Source: a virus (Duplodnaviria > Heunggongvirae > Uroviricota > Caudoviricetes). Taken from it: a stretch of 64,000 bases of DNA. How positions within the stretch are numbered: position 1 is the stretch's first letter; the number at the start of each line of letters is the position of its first letter. The notes under the pieces were generated by a model, which saw only the letters and a program-made list of their open reading frames with translations, had not been told where the DNA came from and made no database searches. The position numbers were made by a program, and so were the translations under genes. This document shows positions 1 to 9,610 of the stretch, piece by piece. The stretch is from the IMG/VR virus record IMGVR_UViG_3300042303_000041, positions 6,648 to 70,647 of that record; one strand, 5' to 3'.

Positions 1-1
1 T

Positions 2-439
2 GAGGGTATCCAACACCCAACCACTAGAACGTTTGAGTATTACGATCAATACACTACAGATATTGAAATAAGAATTCAAGACGTTGCTGAAAAAGACACT
101 TATATCGTTAAGTTGTTTGAAGCATACCCAAAAACAATCTCTCCAATAACTATTGGATATGATCAAAAAGAAGTTATGCAACTTCAAATCTCCTTGAACT
201 ACAAATACTGGCAATCACAAATGGTATCGTCAGTAGAAGTAACAAACAGAGATGCCAATGGTCAGATACAAGCTCTGGTAGATCCATTTGCGGAACTAAC
301 AAGTGAGCTAGATCTGCCATTTAATATGGACACATTTATGAATCCAGGTGACTTTATTTCCCAACAGTTAGTAGATTTACAAGGTCTTGGTAATTTCGTA
401 AATCCTAATTTGGGTTCATTAAAAAACTTTTTCGGTTAA
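2..439 (+). CDS. gp54: Baseplate tail-tube initiator (gp54-like), 5'-partial
   Basis: Frame open from window start; FEAYPKTISPI...LQISLNYKYW resembles the T4-like gp54 C-terminal motif; sits next to gp16/gp26. Confidence 0.7.
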   Translation, partial: EGIQHPTTRTFEYYDQYTTDIEIRIQDVAEKDTYIVKLFEAYPKTISPITIGYDQKEVMQLQISLNYKYWQSQMVSSVEVTNRDANGQIQALVDPFAELTSELDLPFNMDTFMNPGDFISQQLVDLQGLGNFVNPNLGSLKNFFG

Positions 440-449
440 GGTAAACAAA

Positions 450-893
450 ATGGAAAACAACAAACAAGAAGAACTAAAAATTGCTCAAGAAGATTGGATG
501 GTTAAAAAATGGCGTCCAGCTATGGGTTGGACGTATATGGTTATCTGTATTCTAGACATGGCAGTGTTTCCCGTTTTATGGAGTTTACTACAAGCACTAA
601 GTTCTGGTCAAGTTACTAGTCAATGGAACCCACTAACTTTACAAGGTGCTGGATTATTCCACTTGGCAATGGGTGCTGTACTTGGTATTGCGGCATGGTC
701 TCGTGGGCAAGAAAAGATGGCTGGCGCTGCTGCTGGTTCAGGTATGCCTGTGCCGATGCAAAGTCCACAACCAATGGGGCTAAATACTCCTGCAATGGCA
801 CCTAAACCAATGCCGATGATGAGACAAACCACAACTACAACTTTTGATTTAGATCCTGGAGATCCACAAGTTAGAAATACAAGAAACGACTGA
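450..893 (+). CDS. Holin of 3TMs (GTA-holin-like) membrane protein
   Basis: KKWRPAMGW-TM...WNPLTLQGAGLFHLAMGAVLGIAAWSRGQEK matches the remembered family pattern. Confidence 0.7.
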   Translation: MENNKQEELKIAQEDWMVKKWRPAMGWTYMVICILDMAVFPVLWSLLQALSSGQVTSQWNPLTLQGAGLFHLAMGAVLGIAAWSRGQEKMAGAAAGSGMPVPMQSPQPMGLNTPAMAPKPMPMMRQTTTTTFDLDPGDPQVRNTRND

Positions 894-894
894 T

Positions 895-1308
895 ATGAAA
901 ATTGATGATAGATTATCTGAGGTGTTTGATTTGGAACCTGCAACAACAGTTCCATTAGTTATTGATGCCGTTACACCATTGCAAGTTAGCGACAAGATTG
1001 AATCTGATTATGATAAATCCAGAAATAATCTACATGATCTTTTATTGAAAGGTCAAGACGCACTAAACTATGCTCTTGATGTAGCTAAACAAAGCGAGCA
1101 TCCAAGAGCATTTGAAGTTGTTGGTAATTTGATGAAACAGTTAGCTGATGTAAACCAGCAATTGTTGGATATACATCAACAGAAACAAAAACTAGATGCT
1201 CCATCGAAAGCAGAAGCAGCAAAAAATGTGACAAACAATAACGCTATCTTTGTAGGTAGCACATCTGAATTGAGTAAAATGATCAAGAATATGGCTAAAG
1301 GAGACTAA
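895..1308 (+). CDS. gp16: Terminase small subunit
   Basis: DYDKSRNNL...EHPRAFEV...NNNAIFVGSTSEL, typical of T4-like gp16. Confidence 0.9.
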   Translation: MKIDDRLSEVFDLEPATTVPLVIDAVTPLQVSDKIESDYDKSRNNLHDLLLKGQDALNYALDVAKQSEHPRAFEVVGNLMKQLADVNQQLLDIHQQKQKLDAPSKAEAAKNVTNNNAIFVGSTSELSKMIKNMAKGD

Positions 1309-1312
1309 CATT

Positions 1313-2044
1313 ATGGCATTACCATTAAACACATCACCGATTTATAATTTAACTATACCTTCAACCAAACAAAACGTAAAGTTCAGACCATTCGTGGTTA
1401 AAGAAGAAAAAGCACTGTTAATCGCTCAACAAAGCGAAGATACTAAGGTGATGGTTGACACGCTAAAGTCTGTTGTAGCATCGTGCGTTAAAGACAATAT
1501 TGATATTGACAAGCTAGCAATCTTCGACTTAGAGTATATCTTTACCCAGTTAAGAGCTAGATCCGTAGGTGAAGTTATCGAAGTTATCATGTCGTGCGAC
1601 GAAGATCATGGCGACAAAGATAACTTAGCAAAGGTTAAAATCCAGATCGATTTAACAAAACTAAACGTATCTGTAGACGAGAAACATACCAACAAGATTT
1701 CACTATTTGGTGATGTTGGTGTAGTTATGCGTTATCCATCAATCGACATTTTAAAGAAATTAGAGTCTATTGATGCCATTGCTTCTCAAGAAGTAGAAGC
1801 TGTATTTAACATAGTGGTTGAGTGTATAGATTACATCTATGACGCTGAAGAGGTCTACCATGCAAAAGACCAAACAAAGAAAGAACTGATAGACTTTATT
1901 GAAAACCTATCATCAGACCAGTTTAAATTGGTCCAGGCTTTCTTTGAAACTTTACCAAAGATGTCGCACAAGGTTGAATATAATTGCCCTGTCTGTGGTA
2001 AACATCATGATGTCGCACTAGAAGGACTAGAAAGTTTTTTTTAA
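1313..2044 (+). CDS. gp26: Baseplate hub subunit
   Basis: MALP...VKFRPFVVKEEKALL...LRARSVGE...CPVCG...EGLESFF. Confidence 0.9.
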   Translation: MALPLNTSPIYNLTIPSTKQNVKFRPFVVKEEKALLIAQQSEDTKVMVDTLKSVVASCVKDNIDIDKLAIFDLEYIFTQLRARSVGEVIEVIMSCDEDHGDKDNLAKVKIQIDLTKLNVSVDEKHTNKISLFGDVGVVMRYPSIDILKKLESIDAIASQEVEAVFNIVVECIDYIYDAEEVYHAKDQTKKELIDFIENLSSDQFKLVQAFFETLPKMSHKVEYNCPVCGKHHDVALEGLESFF

Positions 2045-2223
2045 TAACGCTCGGACATGAGAGTCTTCACAACTTTTATAAACTTAACTTTGCTTTGATG
2101 CAATACCATAAGTATTCACTAAGTGACATTGAAGACATGATTCCTTTCGAGCGCGAGATTTATATTGCTATGTTGATCCAGTTCCTAGAAGAAGAAAAGC
2201 AAAGACTAGAGAGTAAAAATTAA
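2035..2223 (+). CDS. gp51: Baseplate hub assembly catalyst, in the -1 frame relative to gp26 (possible frameshift fusion)
   Basis: Not in ORF track; manual translation LGHESLHNFYKLNFALMQYHKYSLSDIEDMIPFEREIYIAMLIQFLEEEKQRLESKN*; first ATG only at 2098. Confidence 0.85.
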   Translation, partial: FFLITLGHESLHNFYKLNFALMQYHKYSLSDIEDMIPFEREIYIAMLIQFLEEEKQRLESKN

Positions 2224-4427
2224 TGAACAATATACTAGCAAAACAATCAGAACATCTAAAAGAATTAGAAAAGCTGAGCAGACAAGACAGAATCATTCAA
2301 ATAGCATCGACTAGCATTCAGCGTAAAACTGATATCGATGAAGACAAACACAGTCAAGAGACGAATGACAATCTAAAAGATATCAACAAGACTCTAAAAG
2401 AAAATCTTGGTGATAAAGGTAAGCTAACAAGCAACGTCATTAAGTTAGCCGACTATATTAAAAAGAACATAGCTCCACTAAAAGTACAAGAAAAGACAAA
2501 ACCTAAACAACTAGGTTTAAATGCTGATCAAATTAAATCTATTACAGAACAAGCGATGGGCAGAAAAGTCTATCGTGGAGTAGGTGAACGAGTTGAAGGT
2601 GTTAAAGATCAAGTAAAAGATTTCTTCTCTGCTCGTGGTTTTTTAGATAAAACAGGAATCGTAAAAAGAGGCACTGGTGGTATATTCTCTGATATGCTAG
2701 ATCGTCGTGAAGAAAAACAGAAATATATTAAATCTAGAAAAGAAACTCAAGGTAGCACTTTTGGTAGTGAGGAAACTTATGCCAGACAGTTTGATGAACA
2801 GCAAAACACTCAACGAAAGATTAGAAAGAATGAGTCTGTTATTAAAGGCTACCAAGACCTCGGGTTTAAAGACACTCAGATAAAAAGATCAGATGCATTT
2901 AAGGAACAAGGAGTATTGGCAGAAAAACTTGCAGCTTCTGATACTCGTGTACGTCCAGCTAAAGAAGCTGCAGCAAAAGAAGGTTCGACTGCTAAATCCA
3001 ATACCAAGAAGCTAGGTATCGAAGCTGATACATCTGAAAAAGAAATCGAAAATGCTCGAATGATGGATGAGCAAACAGAATTGTTACGTAGTATTGAAGA
3101 AAATACTCGTGACAAAAGCCTGGCAGCCACGGAAAAAAGAGCGCAAGAAGGTTCAGGTGGCGGTGGGTTGCTTGGTGGAATAATGAGCATGCTTGGTAAG
3201 TCTCTGATGACTGCATTTAAAGCACTATTCAATCCAGCAGTACTACTAAAATTCTTAACTAAGTTCCTAGCACCAGCGATGCTGATTGGTGGTATCATCA
3301 ACGGTATCATGGATGGATGGAATGCCTTTATAGAAGGTGGTTCATTCTCTGATGTTATCATTGCAGGGCTTGGTGGCGTTCTTGAATTCTTATCGTTTGG
3401 ATTATTTGATGCAAATACTATAAAGAACATCGTTGGTGCAGTGAGTGGATTCGTAGATGAGTATGTAATTCAACCAATAAAGAACTTCATTGGATTCTTG
3501 GGCGAATCATTCAACAAGTATATTAAAGAACCTATTCTTGGTGCATTTGAATATATTGGTAACTTGTTCACTGAGTATATCATCAATCCTGTAAAAGAAT
3601 TCTTTGCACCAATCGCAGATTTCTTCGCAAAGATCAAAGAACAAGTATTTGGATTCTTAGAAGACTTTGGTATACCTGAGATTGGTTTCACTATTCCAGT
3701 GATAAACAAGAAGGTTTCTATTGGACCATTCTATCCATTCCGACCAGAACAGGGAACAAATCGTGTTGCATCAGACACACAGGTAACTTCTAAGTCTTCT
3801 TCTGCTGAAGGTGATAGCAGTAACTTAAAACAAAATATAGTTACTAGTGGTAAAGATGCTACAACAAATAAAGATGGTAGTATTAGCTATGCTGATGATA
3901 AAACAAGAGTTCTAAATTCAGAAGCTAAAGAAACTGTAGGTAAAGATGGTAAAGTTAGTGCAAAATATAGCACTACTATGGCTGAGTTTGATCCTAAAAC
4001 TGGAAAGGCATCTTATACAAACGAAGATGACCCAAATAACTTAAAGTATGACGCACCATTAACTAAGGGTGCATTTAATGATATCAAGAAAGCAGCAAAA
4101 GACGGTGCTGGCTCTGATAAGATTAAAGAAATTATTAAAGAAGATGAAGCATATCAGAAACTTGGATTCTTAGATAAGCGTAAGGTAGACTTTGGTTTAG
4201 CTAAAGCAACTGAACTTGCTGCAGTTGAACCATCAAAAGCTGGTGGTGCAGTATACAACAAGTCTGCAGATAATGCTGGAGCTGCTCAGAAACCTGCAGG
4301 TGGTGCTGTTAATACTGTTGTTGCACCAACTACAAACGTTAACAATAACACCACGCAAATAACTAAAATGCCAACTAGAAACACGGATCCTAGTTTAGCA
4401 AACTACATAAACTCTAGATACGCTTAA
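2223..4427 (+). CDS. Baseplate hub / tape-measure-like protein (gp29-like)
   Basis: 734 aa, helical and Gly-rich middle segment, C-terminal NTVVAPTTNVNNNTT; follows gp26/51. Confidence 0.55.
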   Translation: MNNILAKQSEHLKELEKLSRQDRIIQIASTSIQRKTDIDEDKHSQETNDNLKDINKTLKENLGDKGKLTSNVIKLADYIKKNIAPLKVQEKTKPKQLGLNADQIKSITEQAMGRKVYRGVGERVEGVKDQVKDFFSARGFLDKTGIVKRGTGGIFSDMLDRREEKQKYIKSRKETQGSTFGSEETYARQFDEQQNTQRKIRKNESVIKGYQDLGFKDTQIKRSDAFKEQGVLAEKLAASDTRVRPAKEAAAKEGSTAKSNTKKLGIEADTSEKEIENARMMDEQTELLRSIEENTRDKSLAATEKRAQEGSGGGGLLGGIMSMLGKSLMTAFKALFNPAVLLKFLTKFLAPAMLIGGIINGIMDGWNAFIEGGSFSDVIIAGLGGVLEFLSFGLFDANTIKNIVGAVSGFVDEYVIQPIKNFIGFLGESFNKYIKEPILGAFEYIGNLFTEYIINPVKEFFAPIADFFAKIKEQVFGFLEDFGIPEIGFTIPVINKKVSIGPFYPFRPEQGTNRVASDTQVTSKSSSAEGDSSNLKQNIVTSGKDATTNKDGSISYADDKTRVLNSEAKETVGKDGKVSAKYSTTMAEFDPKTGKASYTNEDDPNNLKYDAPLTKGAFNDIKKAAKDGAGSDKIKEIIKEDEAYQKLGFLDKRKVDFGLAKATELAAVEPSKAGGAVYNKSADNAGAAQKPAGGAVNTVVAPTTNVNNNTTQITKMPTRNTDPSLANYINSRYA

Positions 4428-4456
4428 TAAAAAAGGGAGCCGAAGCTCCCTTTTCT
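4428..4456. terminator. Bidirectional intrinsic terminator
   Basis: AAAAAA-GGGAGC-CGAA-GCTCCC-TTTT between convergent genes. Confidence 0.9.
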
Positions 4457-5371
4457 TTATTGCTCAGCGGCAATTTTCTTAAAGTAAGACATAACGTCTT
4501 CATCATCGTCTGCATCAGCAGACTTAGCTTGCGGCGCAGGCTTTGATGCCTTTGGTGTAAACGCTGGCGCAGATGGACGATCTTCTTCTTCTGCCATTTC
4601 TGCAGCAGACTTTCCAGAGAACGAATCTCCAGACAAGACTTGATCCAACTTCTTCTTCAGTTCGTCGTAAGGCTTGAAGTTTTTACGATCAAGGAACTCA
4701 GACAACTTGTGCTGAGAGTTAACGATATTCAACAAAGCATCTTCATTTTCAGTAATTACTGATGGCTCCATGAATGCTGATTCGTCATAGTTAGCATAAC
4801 CATCTTTCTTACGCATGCGAAGTTTGAAATTCGCACCTTCCCAAAGATCAAACACGTTCAGAGGCTTTTCATCCTCGAAAGTAGGACGAGCCTTATCCAT
4901 GATCTTATCAAAGACCTTCTTGCCGAAACGGAACAAGAATACCTTGCCTTCATTCTCTGGATGCTTTGGATCAGACACAACCAAGATGTTTGCAGTAAAG
5001 CCCAGCTTGCGCTTTTGCTTACGTACAATTTCTTTGTTTGCTTCAGAACCAGAGTTCCACAGTTTGGTGTTTAGATCGCTAACTGGATCATTCTCACCAA
5101 GAGTGGTCAGGGAGTTTTCCAGATACCACTTGCCAGTCGGACCTTGGAATCCGTGGCTAAAGATACGAACCCATGGGAGTTCATCGCCTTCTACTCGTGG
5201 GAGGAAACGAATCGTTGCGGTACCATTACCTGCCTTGTCGCCTTCGAGACGCCAGAAACGATTGTCTTGATAAGACTTAGAGTCTTGTTGGGGATTGGCA
5301 ACCTTTTCGAATGCGCTAGTGATAGCACCGAAATCAGAATTGCGCATTTTGCGTAGTGATTGAATATCCAT
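4457..5371 (-). CDS. gp32: Single-stranded DNA-binding protein
   Basis: DKAGNGTATIRFLP, HGFQGPTGKWYLENSLTTLG, FDLWEGANFKL, acidic tail. Confidence 0.97.
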   Translation of the reverse strand: MDIQSLRKMRNSDFGAITSAFEKVANPQQDSKSYQDNRFWRLEGDKAGNGTATIRFLPRVEGDELPWVRIFSHGFQGPTGKWYLENSLTTLGENDPVSDLNTKLWNSGSEANKEIVRKQKRKLGFTANILVVSDPKHPENEGKVFLFRFGKKVFDKIMDKARPTFEDEKPLNVFDLWEGANFKLRMRKKDGYANYDESAFMEPSVITENEDALLNIVNSQHKLSEFLDRKNFKPYDELKKKLDQVLSGDSFSGKSAAEMAEEEDRPSAPAFTPKASKPAPQAKSADADDDEDVMSYFKKIAAEQ

Positions 5372-5397
5372 TTTAGTATTTCCTTGTATTAAATGTA

Positions 5398-5610
5398 TTA
5401 ACGTGTATTTTTAGTATGTTGAATTTGTATATCATCATGAATCTCGATCTCATCATTGAAGCTATCGTCATCAAAATCATAATCTTCTTCAACATAACTA
5501 TTTATCGTTCGCATACCACCAGTTTTTTTACCACTGACATGCTTCTTCGGTTTTCCTGAATTACCACCAGAATAGTCATCTGACGGATTCTTTTTATAGG
5601 TCTTGCCCAT
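5398..5610 (-). CDS. Hypothetical protein (basic N-terminus, acidic C-terminus)
   Basis: ORF abuts gp59 and gp32; contains late-promoter-like ATAAATAG. Confidence 0.6.
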   Translation of the reverse strand: MGKTYKKNPSDDYSGGNSGKPKKHVSGKKTGGMRTINSYVEEDYDFDDDSFNDEIEIHDDIQIQHTKNTR

Positions 5611-5613
5611 ATA

Positions 5614-6228
5614 TTACAACTCTGCGAGTTCCTCTTTAAAAGATTGATAGATTGATTGCACTTTTTGCGAATCATACTTTACAAAACCGCGAGATTTATC
5701 AACTCTGCGGATCTCATTTTCCCATAACAATATCATAGAAGAATTACTCTTCCACGTTTCAATAACAGGTTCAAAGTCATCTATGATTCTCAATGTTTCT
5801 AACGATATCTGTTTTCCGAGGTACAGTGTAAGTATACTTGGATATTGATTAAAAGTAAAGTTTTTCACAGAACTTTCTTTGAGCTTTTTCTTGTAAGCAT
5901 CCATAAGGATAGTGCTGCAATCATCAGAGAATATCTTTGTGATTGATTCTTTTCTGCGTGTCCACTCAATAAGGTTTGATTCTGCATCATCTTGCGAATA
6001 GACAACAGAGTCACTACCGTAGGCAAAGTTTGCGACGAAGTATTGGATAATGTCTTTGTCAACTGGGTATTTACGAGCCAGCTTTTCGAAAATATATCTA
6101 TCATTCCTAGCATTAAATGCTTCACGAGTACCTTTAACAGCCCCACGATTTTTAAAAACATCAAAGTTATCCTTGGAGAAATGCAACTTAATTGCAATGT
6201 AATATTTGTATGCTTTAAATCCGTCCAC
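5614..6228 (-). CDS. gp59: Helicase loader
   Basis: MDGFKAYKYYIAIKLHFSKDNFDVFK...ISLETL; position between gp33 and gp32. Confidence 0.9.
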   Translation of the reverse strand: MDGFKAYKYYIAIKLHFSKDNFDVFKNRGAVKGTREAFNARNDRYIFEKLARKYPVDKDIIQYFVANFAYGSDSVVYSQDDAESNLIEWTRRKESITKIFSDDCSTILMDAYKKKLKESSVKNFTFNQYPSILTLYLGKQISLETLRIIDDFEPVIETWKSNSSMILLWENEIRRVDKSRGFVKYDSQKVQSIYQSFKEELAEL

Positions 6229-6403
6229 TTCTTTTCTTCCTACATTCTTCTTTTACTTGTGGTGGGAAATCAGGAGCAAATTCTGCAATTGAACAATCAT
6301 ATCGAACAGTTCTATTTTCTTGGCTCATAATAACGAAGAATAAAGCACCATACATAATGACGCCCAAAACAATTGGAGCAAATAACCAAAAGTACTTAGA
6401 CAT
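6215..6403 (-). CDS. Hypothetical membrane protein
   Basis: N-terminal TM; overlaps both neighbours in operon fashion. Confidence 0.55.
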   Translation of the reverse strand: MSKYFWLFAPIVLGVIMYGALFFVIMSQENRTVRYDCSIAEFAPDFPPQVKEECRKKRSGRI

Positions 6404-6611
6404 CTAGTTGTGCCTGTTTAGGTAAGTAATTCATTTCTCGAAAATTCATCTCAATCTTATCTTTAAGAGACTTATTGATCAACTTGGAAACATCAGCAGG
6501 TTCAAGATAGTTATCTTTGCAATATTCCAACACAGCATCCATATGATTCAATCTGCGTTCTTGAACTAGCTGCTCAATGTGTAAAGAAAATTCGTTGGAT
6601 GTTTTAAACAT
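6396..6611 (-). CDS. gp33: Late-transcription coactivator
   Basis: FSLHIEQLV...MDAVLEYC...LINKSLKDKIE. Confidence 0.9.
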   Translation of the reverse strand: MFKTSNEFSLHIEQLVQERRLNHMDAVLEYCKDNYLEPADVSKLINKSLKDKIEMNFREMNYLPKQAQLDV

Positions 6612-6870
6612 GATTCTTCTTTAGGTAATACTCAGCTGCCTTAATGACTTGTTCCAAGTCAGCATACTCTTTGGTTTTCTTATTGTAAAGTTTCCAGATG
6701 TTGGTGTTAGTGACCTTTGGATCCATCTTGTCGGAAAACTTATCCAAAAACATACTGAAGAATTTATCAAGCCGCATTTTATCAACAACAAGTGACTGAT
6801 ATAAACTAACAAGTTTATTGGTGTCACCATAAGTCGATGCATTAACAAGTTCATTATAAGATGTGTGCAT
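6604..6870 (-). CDS. Hypothetical protein
   Basis: Tightly packed ORF. Confidence 0.6.
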   Translation of the reverse strand: MHTSYNELVNASTYGDTNKLVSLYQSLVVDKMRLDKFFSMFLDKFSDKMDPKVTNTNIWKLYNKKTKEYADLEQVIKAAEYYLKKNHV

Positions 6871-6871
6871 T

Positions 6872-7204
6872 TTATCCTCTTCGCATTGTAGCGATTTCCT
6901 TAGCTTCTTGGTTTGAAAAAATTGGTACAGAATTGGACTTGTGCATAGTCCCGATACCCATGAGTTTATCTCCAGTGTAAACAGGAGAAGGTTTTAGAGC
7001 AGTACTACCGCCTACAGAATTAAGACTTGGAATCTTAGCTGTTTCACGGATGTAAGGTTTTGGTTGTTTATACTCAGTTGCAGGTGCTACAACTTTCTTG
7101 GGTTTATACTTATCAAGCATACGATCCCACTCAGCTTGCAACTCACGCTGCGCTGCTGTTTGTTTACGTTTCTTGGACTTACCTGGAGTAGTAAAGATCA
7201 TCAT
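6872..7204 (-). CDS. Conserved T4-like hypothetical protein (start revised to 7204)
   Basis: VYTGDKLMGIGTMHKSNSVPIF motif; the upstream extension in the ORF track is a promoter cassette. Confidence 0.7.
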   Translation of the reverse strand: MMIFTTPGKSKKRKQTAAQRELQAEWDRMLDKYKPKKVVAPATEYKQPKPYIRETAKIPSLNSVGGSTALKPSPVYTGDKLMGIGTMHKSNSVPIFSNQEAKEIATMRRG

Positions 7205-7210
7205 AAACTT

Positions 7211-7283
7211 ATTATACCCTAAAAGGGAATAAAAGTCAACATCTAAATTAATGACCCCTACATCAGTAGGGGTATACGTAAGG
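7211..7283 (-). promoter_or_regulatory. Sigma70-like early promoter with upstream palindrome
   Basis: TTGACT-17-TATAAT plus ACCCCTAC-N4-GTAGGGGT. Confidence 0.85.
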
Positions 7284-7284
7284 A

Positions 7285-7682
7285 TTACTTTCTTGCAGCG
7301 TAGGCTATGCAAACAGTGTCTTGGCTGTTCGAGTATGCGCAGCGAACAGAAAGAGGATCAATTCCTTTCCCGAGAGCAACCTCAATATTAGCCCTAATTG
7401 CTTGCGTCTGATTGTAATTGTAATAGGCAGTGCAACCAATTAACGTCATCACCGTCAAACACAAACAAAGCCAAAACGCGATCATATCTTTTTCCATAAT
7501 TACCATTCTCCATCATCAATAACAACTCTTGCCCAAAATGGACCAAGAGACAAATAGAACCCATGTGCTTTTGGGTTCAGGTCATCGGGTTGTATCGTAG
7601 TAAAACGAACTTCCCAATGGAAAGGGTTAACAACAAACCCAATCCACATTCCAGAATGTTTAAGATAATTCTTTAACATCAT
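7285..7682 (-). other. Two small hypothetical ORFs (7285-7506, 7500-7682)
   Basis: ORF track, overlapping starts/stops. Confidence 0.5.
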
Positions 7683-8220
7683 CGCATAATCCTAACTTTT
7701 TAGCTTCATTAGCGCTTAGCCAAACATCTTGTGGAGGCAAAAGAACTTCTCTGATTTTAGCATCTGTTAATCCAGTACACTTTTTATAATGCGCAATCAT
7801 TCGCTTTGTGGTTAAATCAAATTCTTTAATCTGTGCAAATAATTCATGTTCCTTACCAAAAGCACCCCATGAGTACTGATGTGAAAGAATAGAAGTATTT
7901 GGTGTAAGAATTCGTTGACCCTTATCACCAGAAATAAAGATCATTAATCCAGCAGAAGCAATTTGTCCAAGACCAATAGTTCTAATTGGAATAGCAGATC
8001 CACGCATAGTATCAACCAATGCAAACGCAGCATTAAGATCTCCACCTGGAGAACAAATAACTAAGTTAAGCATATCAGGTCGTTGTTCCCCGAAATTACA
8101 CTCAAAGATCCACTCAACCGCACCCTTACAAGATTCTAACGTAATATCTTCCATCAACAAGAAGAAAGAATGTTTAGAATTCTGATCTTCCTTTAGTTGG
8201 AGGTTTAGTTTTTGCATCAT
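7660..8220 (-). CDS. clpP: ClpP-like protease
   Basis: ICSPGG, GQIASAG (catalytic Ser), ILSHQ (His), DVWLSANEAKKLGLCD. Confidence 0.92.
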   Translation of the reverse strand: MMQKLNLQLKEDQNSKHSFFLLMEDITLESCKGAVEWIFECNFGEQRPDMLNLVICSPGGDLNAAFALVDTMRGSAIPIRTIGLGQIASAGLMIFISGDKGQRILTPNTSILSHQYSWGAFGKEHELFAQIKEFDLTTKRMIAHYKKCTGLTDAKIREVLLPPQDVWLSANEAKKLGLCDDVKELS

Positions 8221-8743
8221 TGTCATTACCTTTATAAAATATATGACGTCCAATAACAACAGTCTTATGCAGTTTCCATCCTGGATTTACATAATCTGCA
8301 TGATAATAAAGAGATCCCTTTGTTATGTCTACTATGTTTTCATAGTTTGAGTAGACATGCAGGGCAACTCTCCTAACTTCTTCATATACTGCGCTGTTTT
8401 TATGAGGCACATTCATACAAAACCAAGAAAATTGACAAGTAGAGTTTGTTTTCTGCTTGACAACACCACACACGTCTTTTGGAAATGCTGGATGGTTAAC
8501 TCTATTTAAGGTCACTAGAGCAACAGCGACTTGGCCACGTTCAGGTTCATAAGCTGATTCATAATATATATTATCCGCAAGACAATCAATTTGTTTCTTG
8601 GCAGATGGTGTTAATTCTGAGTAAGCAACATTAAGTAATCTTGGTTCCTTAGAACCAATAGTTTTAGCGGTGTAAAGCATAACGCAAATACTAAACACTG
8701 CAACTAAAATTTGAAATAATAGATATTTCTTTTCTTTTTGCAT
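8174..8743 (-). CDS. Cell wall hydrolase (SleB / Hydrolase_2)
   Basis: CLADNIYYES...GQVAVA...CQFSW...YYHADYVNPGW...IGRHIFY. Confidence 0.92.
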   Translation of the reverse strand: MQKEKKYLLFQILVAVFSICVMLYTAKTIGSKEPRLLNVAYSELTPSAKKQIDCLADNIYYESAYEPERGQVAVALVTLNRVNHPAFPKDVCGVVKQKTNSTCQFSWFCMNVPHKNSAVYEEVRRVALHVYSNYENIVDITKGSLYYHADYVNPGWKLHKTVVIGRHIFYKGNDNDAKTKPPTKGRSEF

Positions 8744-8900
8744 TTATCTCTCCTTTATGAAGTGAGTTATTCCCACTTCTGCTTCAGATAGACTTGCCAA
8801 TAGTCTGGGGTGTTAAAACTTAAGATATGAGACTCAACTGAGTCTCAAAGTGTGCAGGGTGGTGACTAGTCGGATTATAGGCTCCGACCATGCCTGTATA

Positions 8901-9089
8901 TTATTTAGGCTCTGCCTTCTTTTTTGGCACTGGCTTATTTGCAGAAGGTTCAGCTTTCGTGCAGTCTTTTTGTTTCAGCGGATCGCACTTCTTTTCTACA
9001 GGTGCTTTTTTTGCTGGAGGTTTTGCAGGCTCTGCAGCATATGCTATTCCAGCGAAAACCAAAGCCAGTGTTGCTATTAAAAATTTCAT
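8901..9089 (-). CDS. Small secreted Lys/Pro/Ala-rich protein
   Basis: Signal peptide MKFLIATLALVFAGIAYA. Confidence 0.6.
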   Translation of the reverse strand: MKFLIATLALVFAGIAYAAEPAKPPAKKAPVEKKCDPLKQKDCTKAEPSANKPVPKKKAEPK

Positions 9090-9098
9090 GTTTATCTC

Positions 9099-9593
9099 CT
9101 ATTGATATTTTATTACTTTGAACAATGTCATTGGATTGTTGGCAAAAATGTCAGTCCAAACTTTTCTCCAATTTCTTATAAACCTCATATCACTCTTGTC
9201 TTCTTTACTTATAATAATGTCTGTGGTTGATTCTGTAGTATCAGCAAAAATAGAATCACATCCCCATATATCTATCTGAGCACATCCGATAGTAAGAAGA
9301 TAGTTTGCTGCATAGTGAGCAGCATTAAACCAATCTCTTGGTTTAAAAACAGCTAAGATGGTGTACTTGTCTTCAATCTTATATTCTTTCATCTTAGAAT
9401 AAACTTTAGTGCTAACAATCATGGGGCATGTTATAGCCTCTGGATTGTTTTTCAATATAAAAACAATCTCTTCATCGCACACTACAGTAGCATCAACACT
9501 AAATTCACCTGGAAAGTTACAGCCAATGACAATATCACCAGAACGATTATATGCAGATTTGCTTGGACCATTACCTAAAACAATACCTAACAT
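9099..9593 (-). CDS. Putative glycosyltransferase-like (GNGPS motif) protein
   Basis: VLGNGPS...IGCN...WGCDS. Confidence 0.5.
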   Translation of the reverse strand: MLGIVLGNGPSKSAYNRSGDIVIGCNFPGEFSVDATVVCDEEIVFILKNNPEAITCPMIVSTKVYSKMKEYKIEDKYTILAVFKPRDWFNAAHYAANYLLTIGCAQIDIWGCDSIFADTTESTTDIIISKEDKSDMRFIRNWRKVWTDIFANNPMTLFKVIKYQ

Positions 9594-9610
9594 CTAGTTT
9601 CCTTATTAGT

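Noticed and set aside
2876-3709. Minus-strand ORFs within the gp29-like gene
   Set aside because: Antisense shadows without motifs
7205-7312. N-terminal extension of ORF 6872-7312
   Set aside because: Region is a promoter cassette with palindrome
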